A DNA stretch of 64,000 bases from Planctomycetota bacterium (GCA_050248855.1 JBFWRP010000010.1:32001-96000); one strand, 5' to 3'. Shown: positions 34,298 to 45,008, numbered from the stretch's first letter. Numbers and translations are program-made. Notes: generated by a model not told the origin, from the sequence alone.

Positions 34298-35070
34298 GCG
34301 TCGGCCTTGAGCGGCGGCGCGGCGCGCACGGCGAGCGCGGCACCGAGCAGGCCGAGGCCCGGGTGCGGCCGCAGCTCACGGCGCACGTGCGGCTGCAGGT
34401 GCGGCGCGTCCTGGCCCGTCAGGTACACGGGCGCACTCGCCTCCAGGCCGGCCGCCTCGAGCAGTCGCTCGACGGCGCCTGCCGCCCCCAGGAGCAGCCC
34501 GGCCCGGATCGCCGTCTCCGTGGAGCGGCCGGGCATCGTCGTGTCGCCGGCGAGATCGATCTTGGGCAGCAAGGCCGTGCCGCTGCTCAGCGCCGTCGCG
34601 CCGAGCGAGAGGCCCGGCGCGATCGCGCCGCCGAGCAGCGCGCCGTTCGCGTCGCCGAGGTCCACCGTGAGCGCCGTCCCCGCGGACACGACCGCAGCGG
34701 CCGCACCGCCGGCGAGCGTCGTGGCCGCAAGCACCTGGAGGCGTCGGTCGACGCCGGCCTTGGCCGGCGCATCGACCTGCGCGGCGGGGATGCCCTTGTG
34801 GTCGGGACCGACCGACACGAGCGTGCCGAGGCGCAGCTTGCGCACCTCCCAGATCAGGCCCTCGATCTTCTGCGGGTCGCTTCCCGTGACCGCGATCACG
34901 GCCTTGCGCCCTTGCAGCATCGGTCGGGCGAGGTCGCCCACGGCGCGACCGTCCGCCCGCGGCAGGCGCACGGGGCCCGCCACCTGCTCGCCGCGTACGG
35001 CGCCGATCTTGGCGCCGCTGTTGCCGACGTCGAGCACGAGGATGAGGTCGAGGGGGGGCGGCGTGGCCAT
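34294..35070 (-). CDS. coaX: Type III pantothenate kinase
   Basis: LDVGNSGAK, GVDRR, AGTALTVD, GGAIAPG, STETAIRAG. Confidence 0.92.
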   Translation of the reverse strand: MATPPPLDLILVLDVGNSGAKIGAVRGEQVAGPVRLPRADGRAVGDLARPMLQGRKAVIAVTGSDPQKIEGLIWEVRKLRLGTLVSVGPDHKGIPAAQVDAPAKAGVDRRLQVLAATTLAGGAAAAVVSAGTALTVDLGDANGALLGGAIAPGLSLGATALSSGTALLPKIDLAGDTTMPGRSTETAIRAGLLLGAAGAVERLLEAAGLEASAPVYLTGQDAPHLQPHVRRELRPHPGLGLLGAALAVRAAPPLKADA

Positions 35071-35123
35071 GGCCCCACCCTATCCAGGGGGCGCGCCCGC
35101 GTCCGCTTGGGGCCCGAGCACTC

Positions 35124-36461
35124 CTACTTGAGGTTGTCGAAGTAGCGCACGTTGCGGCGCGTACGCGGGTCCTGCGGGTCGACCTTGTAGGTGATGTCGC
35201 GGCCCCGGCGCTCGATGACGACGGTGACGAGCTGGTCCTCGCGCAGCGTCTGGGCGACCTCGATGGCCTGGGCCCGCGAGGTGACCGGGCGCCCGTTGAT
35301 CGACTTGAGGATGTCGCCCTTCTTGACGTCGAGCGCCGCGACCGGTGCGTCGCCGCCGAAGCCCGTGACGCGGATGCCGACCACGCGGCCCGAGCCGTCC
35401 ACGTACTCCTCCGTCTTGACGGTCTCGCTGATCGCCTGGCCGCGCGAACGGATGTACTCGTAGGTGTTGCGGTCGAAGACGACCGCGCGCTCGGTCTCGG
35501 AGTACTCGATGACCTGCGGGCGCAGGTCCTCTTGCGTGAGCTCCTCGACGGGTCGCGACAGCTCGGTGGCCACCGTGATGGCCTGGGCGTCCGGGTCGAC
35601 CTCGACGACGCCGCCTTCGGCGGTGCCGGGGCCGGCCTCGCCGCTGCCTGTCCCCGGCGTGGTCCCGTCCGTGACGGCCCCGGGCGTGCCCGGGGCACCG
35701 GTACCGGCCGCGGCCTCGCTGCCGAGCGGCACGAGGGAACCGCCGGTCCCGATGATGTCCGCCAGCTTCGGGTCGACGGGCGGCCGCAGCAGCAGCGTGC
35801 GCAGCTCACCCTCGCGGTTGCCGTCGCGGTCCAGGGTCTCGTACACGATGCGCGAGCCGAAGATCTCACGGCGCGTGCCGTCGGCCTCCAGCACCTCCGC
35901 GACGGGGGCCTCCTCCAGGGCGACGAGCCGGAAGCGCTTGGCGTCCATGTCGCTGTAGCGGATGAAGTCGCCCACGCTGATGGCGGTGGCGCCGTCGCTC
36001 TCGTGCCCGTTGAACTGGAAGAGCAGCGTGCGGCTCAGGACCATGACCGGCTTGCCGATGGTCTCGAGACCGGTGGGCAGGTTCTCCGGCGGCTTGGGAC
36101 CCACCTCCACCGGCTTCTTCTCCGCGGGAGCCTCGGGGCCGACGAAGGGGAACCAGAACGGGTCGCGGGGCTTGCCCGGGTAGAGCTTGGACTCCTTGTA
36201 GCGCAGGTAGACGTCGGTCACGGTCTCGATCGACACGGGGCCTTGCGGGCGGCTGCCCTGCGTGGCCAGGGTGCGCCCGTCGGCGTCGTAGGCCGCAGCC
36301 ATGTCGCGCCAGCGCTGCTCGATCTGGTTGCCCGGACGATTGACCCAAGCCGCCGTGGCCGGGCGCACGTTGACGAACAGATGGCTGCCGGCGGCGACCA
36401 CTCCAGCCGCCGTGGCGAGGCAGCCGACCTGGAGGATGCGACGCAGGGCGTGGGGCTTCAT
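35124..36461 (-). CDS. Membrane-anchored PDZ protein, GspC-like
   Basis: N-terminal TM; C-terminal GIRVTG...LDVKKGDILKSINGRPV...VVIERRG, like the GspC PDZ domain; CAGGAG SD. Confidence 0.6.
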   Translation of the reverse strand: MKPHALRRILQVGCLATAAGVVAAGSHLFVNVRPATAAWVNRPGNQIEQRWRDMAAAYDADGRTLATQGSRPQGPVSIETVTDVYLRYKESKLYPGKPRDPFWFPFVGPEAPAEKKPVEVGPKPPENLPTGLETIGKPVMVLSRTLLFQFNGHESDGATAISVGDFIRYSDMDAKRFRLVALEEAPVAEVLEADGTRREIFGSRIVYETLDRDGNREGELRTLLLRPPVDPKLADIIGTGGSLVPLGSEAAAGTGAPGTPGAVTDGTTPGTGSGEAGPGTAEGGVVEVDPDAQAITVATELSRPVEELTQEDLRPQVIEYSETERAVVFDRNTYEYIRSRGQAISETVKTEEYVDGSGRVVGIRVTGFGGDAPVAALDVKKGDILKSINGRPVTSRAQAIEVAQTLREDQLVTVVIERRGRDITYKVDPQDPRTRRNVRYFDNLK

Positions 36462-36856
36462 CGGCGGCTCCTGATGTGTCCCGCCGGGCTCGGGGGGCTA
36501 CGCCGGGCCGAGTCTAGGCCCTGGCGCCGGGTTGTCCTACCCGGCCGCGCCGTCCCCGCGGGTGACACGCCGGTTGGACGCGCCCGGGCGCCCGGGCCTT
36601 CCGACGCGACGGCCCCCAGGAGCGCGTCGCCAGTGTCCCGCTCCAGAGGTCCGGTGACATGTACTGGGCCGCACGGAAGTGACTCCCGCTCCCGCGCGCC
36701 TGGGGCGACCAACGCCGCTCGGCGGGCTGGATGGGGAGCGGAAGGCCGATGAGGAGGCCGACTCGTGTCCGTCGGTCGAGGCTGACGAAGCGGCCTGATC
36801 GCCCCCGGTCCAGCCCGCAGCACCTGGAGAGGCAAGGGGACTACTGCCCCAGCACA

Positions 36857-38077
36857 CTAGAACTGCGACGAGCCCTGCCGGATGCGCGGCGGCGCCGCGG
36901 CCGCAGCGGGCGGGCGGGGAGCCGCGGCGCCCGAGGCGCTTGCCGCCCGGGGCGCGGCCGGCTGGCCCATGGCGCCGAACGCCACGTCGCTGTTGGACAC
37001 GCCCTTGGAGATGCCGCGGAGCGTGAGCTGGAGCTCGTCGGGGTTGTCCGCCGCCTCGAGGCCGTCCTCCAGCGAGATGAGCCCATCGCGGATCAGCTGG
37101 GCCAGGCTCTGGTTGAAGCTCTGGCTGCCGTAGTAGGCGTGGCCCTGCTCGAGCGCCTCGGCCAGCTCGCGCGTGCGCCCCTCGAGCAACATCTCCTTGA
37201 CGCTCGGCGTGCCGAGGAGGATCTCCACGGCGGGAACGCGGCCCGGCATGTTGCGCCGGCGCACGAGACGCTGGCTGACGACCCCTTCGAGCACCAGCGA
37301 CAGCTGCAGACGCACCATGTCGCGCAAGTGCGGCGGGTAGAAGGAGATGATGCGCTCCACGGTCTGCACGGCGTTCACGGTATGCAGCGTGCTCAACACC
37401 AAGTGACCGGTCTCGGCGGCCGAGAGGGCGGCGGACACCGTCTCGGCGTCGCGCATCTCGCCCACCAGGATGACGTCGGGCGTCTGGCGCATGGCGGCGC
37501 GCAGCGCGCTCTGGAAGTCCGGCGTGTCGATGTTGACTTCACGCTGCGTGATGGCCGCCTTCGCATCGCGGAACACGAACTCGATCGGGTCCTCGATGGT
37601 CACCACGTGGCGCGACGTCTGCTGGTTCATGTGGTCGATCATGGTGGCCAGCGTGGTGCTCTTGCCCGAGCCCGCGATGCCGGTCACCAGCACCATGCCG
37701 CGGCGCAGGAGCGCCAGGCGCTTGAGCACCTCGGCGGGCAGGTGCAGGGCGTCCATGCTGGGGACGGTCTCCTGCACGTGACGGAACACGGAGGCGACGC
37801 GGCCGCGCTGCTGCAGGAGGTTGCAGCGGAAGCGGCCGATGCCCGGGAACACCGCGGCCAGGTCCGCCTCGTGGCGCTGGGCGAATCGCTCGCGCCCGGG
37901 AACATCCAGCAGGTGCTCGACCAGGGCCGTGAGGTGTTCGTCGGAGAGAACGGTCTCCGCCTGCGGCACGATGCGCCCGTCGATGCGGGCCACGGGCTTG
38001 TGCCCTGCGCGCAGGATCAAGTCCGAGCCGCTCTGCTCGACGAGGCGTCGGAACAGCTCGAGGATCTCGTTCAGCAT
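36857..38077 (-). CDS. pilT: Type IV pilus retraction ATPase (PilT/PilU family)
   Basis: GSDLIL, GIAGSGKSTT, TIEDPIEF, RQTPDVILVGEMRD, AETGHLVLSTLH. Confidence 0.9.
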   Translation of the reverse strand: MLNEILELFRRLVEQSGSDLILRAGHKPVARIDGRIVPQAETVLSDEHLTALVEHLLDVPGRERFAQRHEADLAAVFPGIGRFRCNLLQQRGRVASVFRHVQETVPSMDALHLPAEVLKRLALLRRGMVLVTGIAGSGKSTTLATMIDHMNQQTSRHVVTIEDPIEFVFRDAKAAITQREVNIDTPDFQSALRAAMRQTPDVILVGEMRDAETVSAALSAAETGHLVLSTLHTVNAVQTVERIISFYPPHLRDMVRLQLSLVLEGVVSQRLVRRRNMPGRVPAVEILLGTPSVKEMLLEGRTRELAEALEQGHAYYGSQSFNQSLAQLIRDGLISLEDGLEAADNPDELQLTLRGISKGVSNSDVAFGAMGQPAAPRAASASGAAAPRPPAAAAAPPRIRQGSSQF

Positions 38078-38114
38078 GGCCGCGCTCCGTCCCACCGCGG
38101 CCTCGTGACCCCCG

Positions 38115-39182
38115 TCACGCCGGGGGCGTGTCGGGCAGGTGCGCCGGCACCTCGGGCGCCGGCGGAGCCTGGGCCAGCACCTTGGCCACGTGCCTCAGGA
38201 GCACGGGGACGCCGGCGCCGGTGGCCGCCGAGATGGGGATGACTCCCCTATCGGCAGCGGCCGCGAGACGACTCAAGGCCTCCCGCCAGGGCCCGTCTTG
38301 CGGGACCTGGCCGTCCACGGCGACCAGGTCGACCTTGCTCGCCACGAGGATCTCGGGGCGCTCGGCCAGACCCCGGCCGTAGGCCGCGAGCTCGGCACGG
38401 ACGGTGCGCCAGGCCTCGACCGGATCGCTGCCGTCCGGAGGCTGGAGGTCGACGAGGTGCACGAGGATGCGCGTGCGTTCGACGTGGCGCAGGAAGCGAT
38501 CGCCGAGGCCATGGCCCGCGTGGGCACCCTCGACCAGGCCCGGGAGGTCCGCCACGACGAAGCGGGTGGCGGCGTCGAGCTCGACGATCCCCAGGTGCGG
38601 CGCCAGCGTCGTGAAGGGGTAGTCCGCGACGCGGGGCGTGGCGCGCGAGATGCGCCGCAGCAACGTGCTCTTGCCGGCATTGGGCAGTCCGATCAGCCCC
38701 ACGTCGGCCAGCAGGCGAAGCTCGAGGCGCAGCGAGCGGACGCGTCCCTTGCGCCCCTCCTCGTAGCGCGTCGGGGCCTGCACCGTGGCACTGGCAAAGC
38801 GCGCGTTGCCACGTCCCCCACGACCGCCGCGCGCCACGACGTAACGCTGCCCGGGCTCCACCAGGTCCACGAGACGCCGCCCGCTCGTGGCCGCGTAGAC
38901 CGTCGTGCCGACGGGGACGCCCAGCTCGCGGTCCGCGCCCCCGCGACCATGGCAGCAATTGGGGCCCCCGCGCTCGCCGTGCTCGGCGCGCACGTGGCGC
39001 ACGTTCTCCATGTCGCCGAACGTTGCCATGTTCGGGTCGGCGACGAGCACGACGTCACCGCCGCGGCCGCCGTCGCCCCCCGCGGGGCCACCGAACGGGA
39101 TGCGCGCTTCGCGCCGCCATGCGACGAGGCCGTTGCCTCCGTCGCCCGAGCGCACCGTCAACAGCCGTTCATCGAGGAACAT
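38115..39182 (-). CDS. obgE: GTPase ObgE/CgtA
   Basis: GGDGGRGG, ADVGLIGLPNAGKST, DYPFTT, DLPGL, FLRHVERT. Confidence 0.97.
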   Translation of the reverse strand: MFLDERLLTVRSGDGGNGLVAWRREARIPFGGPAGGDGGRGGDVVLVADPNMATFGDMENVRHVRAEHGERGGPNCCHGRGGADRELGVPVGTTVYAATSGRRLVDLVEPGQRYVVARGGRGGRGNARFASATVQAPTRYEEGRKGRVRSLRLELRLLADVGLIGLPNAGKSTLLRRISRATPRVADYPFTTLAPHLGIVELDAATRFVVADLPGLVEGAHAGHGLGDRFLRHVERTRILVHLVDLQPPDGSDPVEAWRTVRAELAAYGRGLAERPEILVASKVDLVAVDGQVPQDGPWREALSRLAAAADRGVIPISAATGAGVPVLLRHVAKVLAQAPPAPEVPAHLPDTPPA

Positions 39183-39237
39183 GGTGCATCGGGTGGCGAC
39201 CGGCCGGGTCGCCGCGGGGAAGCGTGCTGGTCAGACC

Positions 39238-39483
39238 CTACGCAACCGGGTCGACGTGGACGCAGCGGTTGGTCTGGAACCGCACGAAGCCGTCGCGCAC
39301 CGCGTAGAGCGTGTAGTCGTTGCCCATGCGCACGCCATGGCCGGGCTTGAAGCGGCTGCCGACCTGACGCACGAGGATGTTGCCGGAGATGACCGCCTCG
39401 CCGGCGTACTTCTTGATGCCGCGGGACTTCGCGTTGCTGTCGCGACCGTTGCGGCAGGAACCCTGACCCTTCTTGTGCGCCAT
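39238..39483 (-). CDS. rpmA: 50S ribosomal protein L27
   Basis: [23 protein letters not shown]. Confidence 0.98.
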   Translation of the reverse strand: MAHKKGQGSCRNGRDSNAKSRGIKKYAGEAVISGNILVRQVGSRFKPGHGVRMGNDYTLYAVRDGFVRFQTNRCVHVDPVA

Positions 39484-39529
39484 GACGATCTACTCCGCTC
39501 GCTGCCCGGTGAAACGGATCTCGCTCGGC

Positions 39530-39838
39530 CTAGCCGATCGAGACGACCTCGACCTCGGTCATCCGCTGACGGTGGCCCTGCTTGCGACGCATGCGCTTGC
39601 GGCGCTTCTTCTTGAAGACGACGATCTTCGCTTCCTTGCGCTCGGCGACGACCTTGGCGCGGACGGCGACGCCGTCGACGACGGGACGGCCGATCGCGAT
39701 GCCGGCGTCACCCCCCGTGAGGAGCACGCGGTCGAAGACGACCTCGCTGCCGGCCTCGGCCGGGAGGAGATCCACGCGGAGGCGGTCGCCCGGCCGCACG
39801 ACGTACTGCTTGCCCCGGTCTTGGATGACGGCGTACAT
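39530..39838 (-). CDS. rplU: 50S ribosomal protein L21
   Basis: MYAVIQDRGKQY, FKKKRRK, GHRQ. Confidence 0.97.
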   Translation of the reverse strand: MYAVIQDRGKQYVVRPGDRLRVDLLPAEAGSEVVFDRVLLTGGDAGIAIGRPVVDGVAVRAKVVAERKEAKIVVFKKKRRKRMRRKQGHRQRMTEVEVVSIG

Positions 39839-39959
39839 GACGGGATCGCCTCCTGTCGGCACCGACCCCCGGTCGGCGCGGCGAAGCGCAGGAGGGTAGG
39901 CCGGGCCCGCACCCGCGTCCAGCGTGGGCGCAGCCGTCCGGCCCCCCTCGCGAGCGGCC

Positions 39960-42524
39960 CTACTCCGATTCCCCGCGCGGCGGGAGGCCCTTCATGGCCC
40001 AGGCGTCCCGGGCCAGCTGCTCGTCGACCTCCAGCCTCAGCGGTCCGGAGCAGGTGCGGGCCAGCGCCCGCATGTCCTGGCTGCGGTACTTCTTCAGCCA
40101 GATGACCACGTCGGCGGGCGCCCGGATCTCCAGGCCCCCGCGGCCGCGCGACCGGGCGATGCGGGCCTGGACCTCGCGCACGATGCGCAGGCCCGTGCCC
40201 CCCGCGCTGCGCCGGCGGCCCGTCCCTCCGCAGTCGTCGCAGACCTCGTGGGTGGCCCGCGCCAGCGCCTGGCGGATGCGCTGACGGGACAGGACGATCA
40301 GGCCGAACGGGCCCATCCGACCCAGGCGGATCCGCGCCCGGTCGCGGGACAGCGCCGCCTCCAGGGCCTTCTCCACCTTGCGCCGCGACGAACGCTGGCG
40401 CATGTCGATGAAGTCGATGACGACGATGCCGCCCAGGTCGCGCAACCGGAGCTGGCGGGCGGCCTCCTCGACGGCCTCGAGGTTGGTCACGAGCGCGGTG
40501 CTCTCGGGGTCGGCCTCGTCGGTCAACCGCCCCGAGTTCACGTCGATCGCCACGAGCGCCTCGGTCGGGTCGATGACGATGCTGCCGCCCGACGGCAGCC
40601 GCGCGCTTCGCCGGTAGGCATCCTCGAGCTGCGTCTCGATGCCGTAGGCATGGAACAGGGGCATCGCGTCCGTGTGGATCTCCACTTCGGGCATGTGCCG
40701 GGCGCGAGCGCGGAGCCGGTCCAAGCGCTGCTCGGGCGACTCCTCGGGCGTGGTGTCCACCGCTGCGTCGTCCGCGGCGTCTTCGTCGTCCGCGACCTCC
40801 TCCTCGAAGTCCGCCTCGAAGTCCTCCGCAGCTCCACCCTCGTCGTCGGAGCCCTCCGCGCGTGACGGGGACGCGCTCGGCGCGGCGTCCTCGCGTACAT
40901 CGGGACGCGCGCCGAGGCCGTCGCCGAAGCCGTCGGCCTCGGGCGGAACCCCTGCCGGTGCCGTGCGGGCCGCCTCCTCGGCGTGCGCGGCCGCCGCCGC
41001 CTCGGAGGCCTCCGTGCCGAGGTCGCTCCCGACTTCGCCTGCGGGCGCTTCCCGCGTGGCGCGCGCGCGCCGCGCATCGGCATGACCCACGGCTTCCACG
41101 GCCGCCGCCTCGCTCGGGTACCAGACCTTCAGCAGGCGATGGACCTGCCCCGCGATCTCCTCGTTGTCGACGACGATGCGGGTCACGTCCGGCGGCATGA
41201 TGTCGCGCACGCTGCGCTCGGCGATGTCGCTCTCGCCCCGGAGCACCCCCGGCGCGCCGGGCTCCACGGCGCGGCGCTGGATGCGCTCCCACTCCTGGAC
41301 GAGATGGCCCAAGTCCGCCTGGAGGGCCGCCGCGTCGGTGGTCTCGCTGGCCGTGCGGACGATCACCCCCATGCCCTCGGGCACCTCGAGGGACTTGAGC
41401 AGGCGCCTGACCCGCTCACGCTCCTTGCCGTGCGGGATCCGTCGCGAGATGCCGCTGCGTCCGGCGTGCGGCATCAGGACCAAGTAGCGGCCCGGCAGCG
41501 AAATGCGTCCCGTCAGCGCCGGCCCCTTGCGCCCGATGCTGTCGCGCGTCACCTGGACGACGACTTCGTCGCCGTCGCGCAGACGCTCGATGGGCGGCGT
41601 GTCCGGGTCGTCGTGTGGCGACAACGGCACGTCGGTGGCGTGCAGGAAGCCCGTCACCCCGCGCCCGAGGTCCACGAAGGCGGCGCCGATGCCGCGCTCG
41701 ACGTTCTGGATGCGACCGCGATAGATGTTGCCTGCCGAGGAACGCTCGCCGGGCAGCTCGATGAACACCTCCTCCAAGCGCCCGTCCACGACGAGGGCGA
41801 TGCGCGCCTCCTCGCGCTCGCGCGCGTTGATGAGGAGCATCTTCGTGCTCGGAGCCGCGGACGGGTCGGGCGCGCGCGGGACGATCTCGATCGCTTCGCC
41901 CGCGTCGCGGTAGTCGCGGCGGCTCCCGCCGCGGCGATCGCGACCGGCCCCGTCACGCCGACCCCGCCGGCCGTCCTCGTCCCGCGATCGCGACGAGCGT
42001 CGCTTGTCGGACGAGGAGCGCTTCTTGTCGGACGAGGAGCGCCGATCGCGGCGACGGTGCGAACCGCCCTCGCGCTCCTCGCGGGCCCTGGACGAGTCCG
42101 ACGCCTTGGCGTCGGGCTCGGCCGCGGAGTCCTTCTTCGTGGTGCGGCGTCGCCGCCGGCGCTTGCGCCCGGCCCCGTCGGCGCCCCCGTCCGTGGCCGC
42201 CCCGGCGCCGCCCGCGGCCGCCTCGCCGGCCGCCTCTCCGGCCGGCGCGGCCGCCCCGCGGGCCGGCTCGGAGGAGGACGGCGTCCGGCGACGGCGGCGG
42301 CGACGTGTGCGCCCTTCGCCAGTCTTCTCGGAGCCGTTCGCGGCGTCAGCGGACGGGGGCGACGTCGCACTCCCGTCGGCGCGCTCCCGCGTCGTGCGAC
42401 GGCGGCGCAGGCGGCGCTTGCTCCCGCCGCCGTCCGCGCCCTCGCCAGCCTGCCCTGTCGCGCTGTCGGTCGTCTTCGCCGACCGGGGCTCGTCGGCCCC
42501 GGCGTCTCGTGCCTCGGAATCCAC
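39960..42524 (-). CDS. rne: Ribonuclease E/G with Arg-rich disordered N-terminus
   Basis: MLLINA, GNIYRG, AAFVDLG, AIDVNSG, LRDLGGIVVIDFIDM, Zn-link CDDCGGTG. Confidence 0.93.
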   Translation of the reverse strand: MDSEARDAGADEPRSAKTTDSATGQAGEGADGGGSKRRLRRRRTTRERADGSATSPPSADAANGSEKTGEGRTRRRRRRRTPSSSEPARGAAAPAGEAAGEAAAGGAGAATDGGADGAGRKRRRRRRTTKKDSAAEPDAKASDSSRAREEREGGSHRRRDRRSSSDKKRSSSDKRRSSRSRDEDGRRGRRDGAGRDRRGGSRRDYRDAGEAIEIVPRAPDPSAAPSTKMLLINAREREEARIALVVDGRLEEVFIELPGERSSAGNIYRGRIQNVERGIGAAFVDLGRGVTGFLHATDVPLSPHDDPDTPPIERLRDGDEVVVQVTRDSIGRKGPALTGRISLPGRYLVLMPHAGRSGISRRIPHGKERERVRRLLKSLEVPEGMGVIVRTASETTDAAALQADLGHLVQEWERIQRRAVEPGAPGVLRGESDIAERSVRDIMPPDVTRIVVDNEEIAGQVHRLLKVWYPSEAAAVEAVGHADARRARATREAPAGEVGSDLGTEASEAAAAAHAEEAARTAPAGVPPEADGFGDGLGARPDVREDAAPSASPSRAEGSDDEGGAAEDFEADFEEEVADDEDAADDAAVDTTPEESPEQRLDRLRARARHMPEVEIHTDAMPLFHAYGIETQLEDAYRRSARLPSGGSIVIDPTEALVAIDVNSGRLTDEADPESTALVTNLEAVEEAARQLRLRDLGGIVVIDFIDMRQRSSRRKVEKALEAALSRDRARIRLGRMGPFGLIVLSRQRIRQALARATHEVCDDCGGTGRRRSAGGTGLRIVREVQARIARSRGRGGLEIRAPADVVIWLKKYRSQDMRALARTCSGPLRLEVDEQLARDAWAMKGLPPRGESE

Positions 42525-42681
42525 GCATCACCCTGACCGCGGCGCCCTGTCGGCGCGAGCGGCCCCTGAAAGAGCCCATGCCCGCGTAGGTCGGCGCCGC
42601 CACGAGGGCGGCGCCGAGCCAGCACGGCTCCGTCAGCGGGTGACCACCAGGAGGCCGAGCCCCCCCGAGGGGGCCCGGGGC

Positions 42682-44745
42682 CTAGCGACCGGGAGCGACC
42701 GGGATCGGGTCGACCGACGGCGGGAGCCCTTCGGCTCCCGAACCCTCGATGACGACCGGCATCGAACCGGAACCCGGCGACGAGGGCGCTTCGTACGTGA
42801 CGACGGTGCCCGAGCCGCAGGACGCGCTGGTAGCGCAACGCCCGTACAGGTCCGTGTACTCCGCCGCGACACGCTCCGAGCGGAAGGACAGCTCGTCGCT
42901 GACCGTGACGCTTGCGGCGTCGGTGCCCGTGAGGATGCGCGGCGTGATGGTGATCAGCAGGTGCTCCTTGACCTTCGTCTGCTCCTTGCCCTGGAAGATC
43001 GAGCCCATCAGCGGCAGGTCCCCGAAGAAGGGCACCTTGTCCGCGCGCTCGACCATCCGGTCCTCCATCAGCCCACCGATCACGGCGGTCTGGCCGTCCC
43101 GCAGGATCATGTGCGAGACGAGCTCCGAGGACTGGACACGGGGCAGGTCGATGGTCTGCCCGGCAACGGAAATGCGGTCGAACCCGGGAAGCGGACCGGT
43201 GCCCGTGAGGGCCCGACGCAGCGGGATGACCGTCATGCGGATCTTGCCTTCGCCCTGGATGACGTGCGGCAGCACCAACAGCTGGAAGCCGACGTTGACG
43301 GGACTGTTGCCATCCTCCTCGATGGCGAACGTGAGACCACCATTCTGGTTGGTGGCCGCCGTCGTCCGGGCGTAACGAATCGACTCGCCGATGAAGATCG
43401 TCGCTTCCTGGTTGTCCAGGGCGAGGAGCTTCGGGGCTTGGACGATTCGCGTCTTGGTGTCGCGCTGCAGGAAGTTCCACAGCAGCTGGGTCTGGGCCGT
43501 GGTCAGCGTGCCGTAGCCGTAGGCATCCGACGTGGGCGACGGGAACGGCGTGCCCGAGATCAGGTCGGCGAGGCCGCGGGAGTTGCCGCCGATGTTGAAC
43601 GGCAGGCGGTGGAGGATGTCCGATCCGCCCAGGCCGATCCCGATGCCGCTGCTGTCACCGGCGTCCAGACCCAAGTTGATCGCGTCGCTGCACGACGTGA
43701 CCACGAAGTTCATGTCGATGAAGACCTGCGGGGGCTCGATGTCGAGCTGCTCCGCCATCTCCTTGACGCGACGGACGGTCGGCGTGGTGCCGCGGATCAC
43801 GATCGCGTTCTGCGTGGGGATGTAGCCCACCGAGCCGCCGTCGGTCTCGACGATCGACTGCAGGGCCTGGATGATCGGGAAGTTCTCCACGATCTCCTTG
43901 GGGTCGTCGGTGGGCACCCAGGGGCTGCCGGCCACGACGCCCGAGCCGCCGCCACCGCCGCCACCGCCACCGCCGGACGAGCCGCCGCCGCCGGACGAGC
44001 CGCCGCCGCCACCGCCGCTGCCGCCGCCACCGCCGTTCTGCTGCGACACGATGCCCTTGTAGGGGGCGGGCGGGCGGACGTACTTGAAGCGGTAGTAGTC
44101 CGCATCCAGCTCGAGGCGGTCACGCGGCAGGACCATCAACGTGGAGTAGTCCTGCTCGACGAGTGCGTAGCCTGCGGCCTTGACCACGCTCTCGAGCGCC
44201 ACGCGCCACGGCGTGCCGTTGAGCGTGATGGTGATCTTCCCCTGCACCTCTTCGCTGGGGATGATCACGTTGGCGCCCGCGAACTCCGCGATCCGCTGGA
44301 TCACGGTCTTCACGTCCTCGTCCTTGAAGTCCATCTTCACGGGCTCGGGCCGCTCGATGCGCACGAGGTTGCGCGCCTTGCGCACGAGCACGCCACCGAT
44401 GCGCTCGGTCATGGCGTCCAGCGCCTGCACCCAGTGCAAGTCGGCCACGCGCAGGCTGACGGGCTGATCGGCAGCCTCGGGCGCGACGATCAGGTTGACG
44501 CGCGTCCGCGGCTGGATGAGCTCCTCGACCACCTGCCCGAACGGGGCATCCTGGACGTCCAGGGTCACGACCCCCGAGCCCACGTCCAGGGCCCGGTAGC
44601 TGTCGGGGTCGGCATCGTCGCCAGCCTGGGCGCGTCCCAACGGGAGCGCTACCAGGGTGGCCACCAGGGCGAGGGCCAGCACGCGGCGCAGACCGCGGCC
44701 CCCCAGCGGAAGTTCGCGTCCCTCGGGGACGTCACGGCGTGCCAT
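42682..44745 (-). CDS. pilQ: Outer-membrane secretin (PilQ/GspD family)
   Basis: GAGGAGG SD; signal peptide; N domains; LDIEPPQVFID, APKLLALDNQEA, DGQTAVIGGL, KVPFFGDLP; lies downstream of pilMNO. Confidence 0.85.
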   Translation of the reverse strand: MARRDVPEGRELPLGGRGLRRVLALALVATLVALPLGRAQAGDDADPDSYRALDVGSGVVTLDVQDAPFGQVVEELIQPRTRVNLIVAPEAADQPVSLRVADLHWVQALDAMTERIGGVLVRKARNLVRIERPEPVKMDFKDEDVKTVIQRIAEFAGANVIIPSEEVQGKITITLNGTPWRVALESVVKAAGYALVEQDYSTLMVLPRDRLELDADYYRFKYVRPPAPYKGIVSQQNGGGGGSGGGGGGSSGGGGSSGGGGGGGGGGSGVVAGSPWVPTDDPKEIVENFPIIQALQSIVETDGGSVGYIPTQNAIVIRGTTPTVRRVKEMAEQLDIEPPQVFIDMNFVVTSCSDAINLGLDAGDSSGIGIGLGGSDILHRLPFNIGGNSRGLADLISGTPFPSPTSDAYGYGTLTTAQTQLLWNFLQRDTKTRIVQAPKLLALDNQEATIFIGESIRYARTTAATNQNGGLTFAIEEDGNSPVNVGFQLLVLPHVIQGEGKIRMTVIPLRRALTGTGPLPGFDRISVAGQTIDLPRVQSSELVSHMILRDGQTAVIGGLMEDRMVERADKVPFFGDLPLMGSIFQGKEQTKVKEHLLITITPRILTGTDAASVTVSDELSFRSERVAAEYTDLYGRCATSASCGSGTVVTYEAPSSPGSGSMPVVIEGSGAEGLPPSVDPIPVAPGR

Positions 44746-45008
44746 GGGATTACCTCCTCGCTCCGGGAAACGCGCACCCGACCGCACGCCACACGCAGCA
44801 CGCCCGACGCCTGGATCGGCGTAGGCGTCCGCGTCGGCGCGTCGGTCGGCTTGGCGGTCTCCCGAGCCCCCTCCGGGCTGCGGACCTCTCCGGTGCTGGA
44901 TCGGCTCGCCGCTTGGCGCATTGAACCGCAGGGCGGTCCCGCTTCCAAACGGCTTGCTGACGAAGCTCCAGGAGGCCTGTTTCCGGCGGGTCTCCCCCCC
45001 CAGTCATG

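Noticed and set aside
36462..36856. Long intergenic region between pilT and the PDZ gene, checked for a ribozyme or small ORF
   Set aside because: No complete hammerhead core, no convincing SD-led ORF and no recognisable RNA motif.
44933..44949. Sigma54-like site upstream of the secretin gene (TGGAAGCGGGACCGC)
   Set aside because: The -12 element lacks TTGC; too weak at this GC content.
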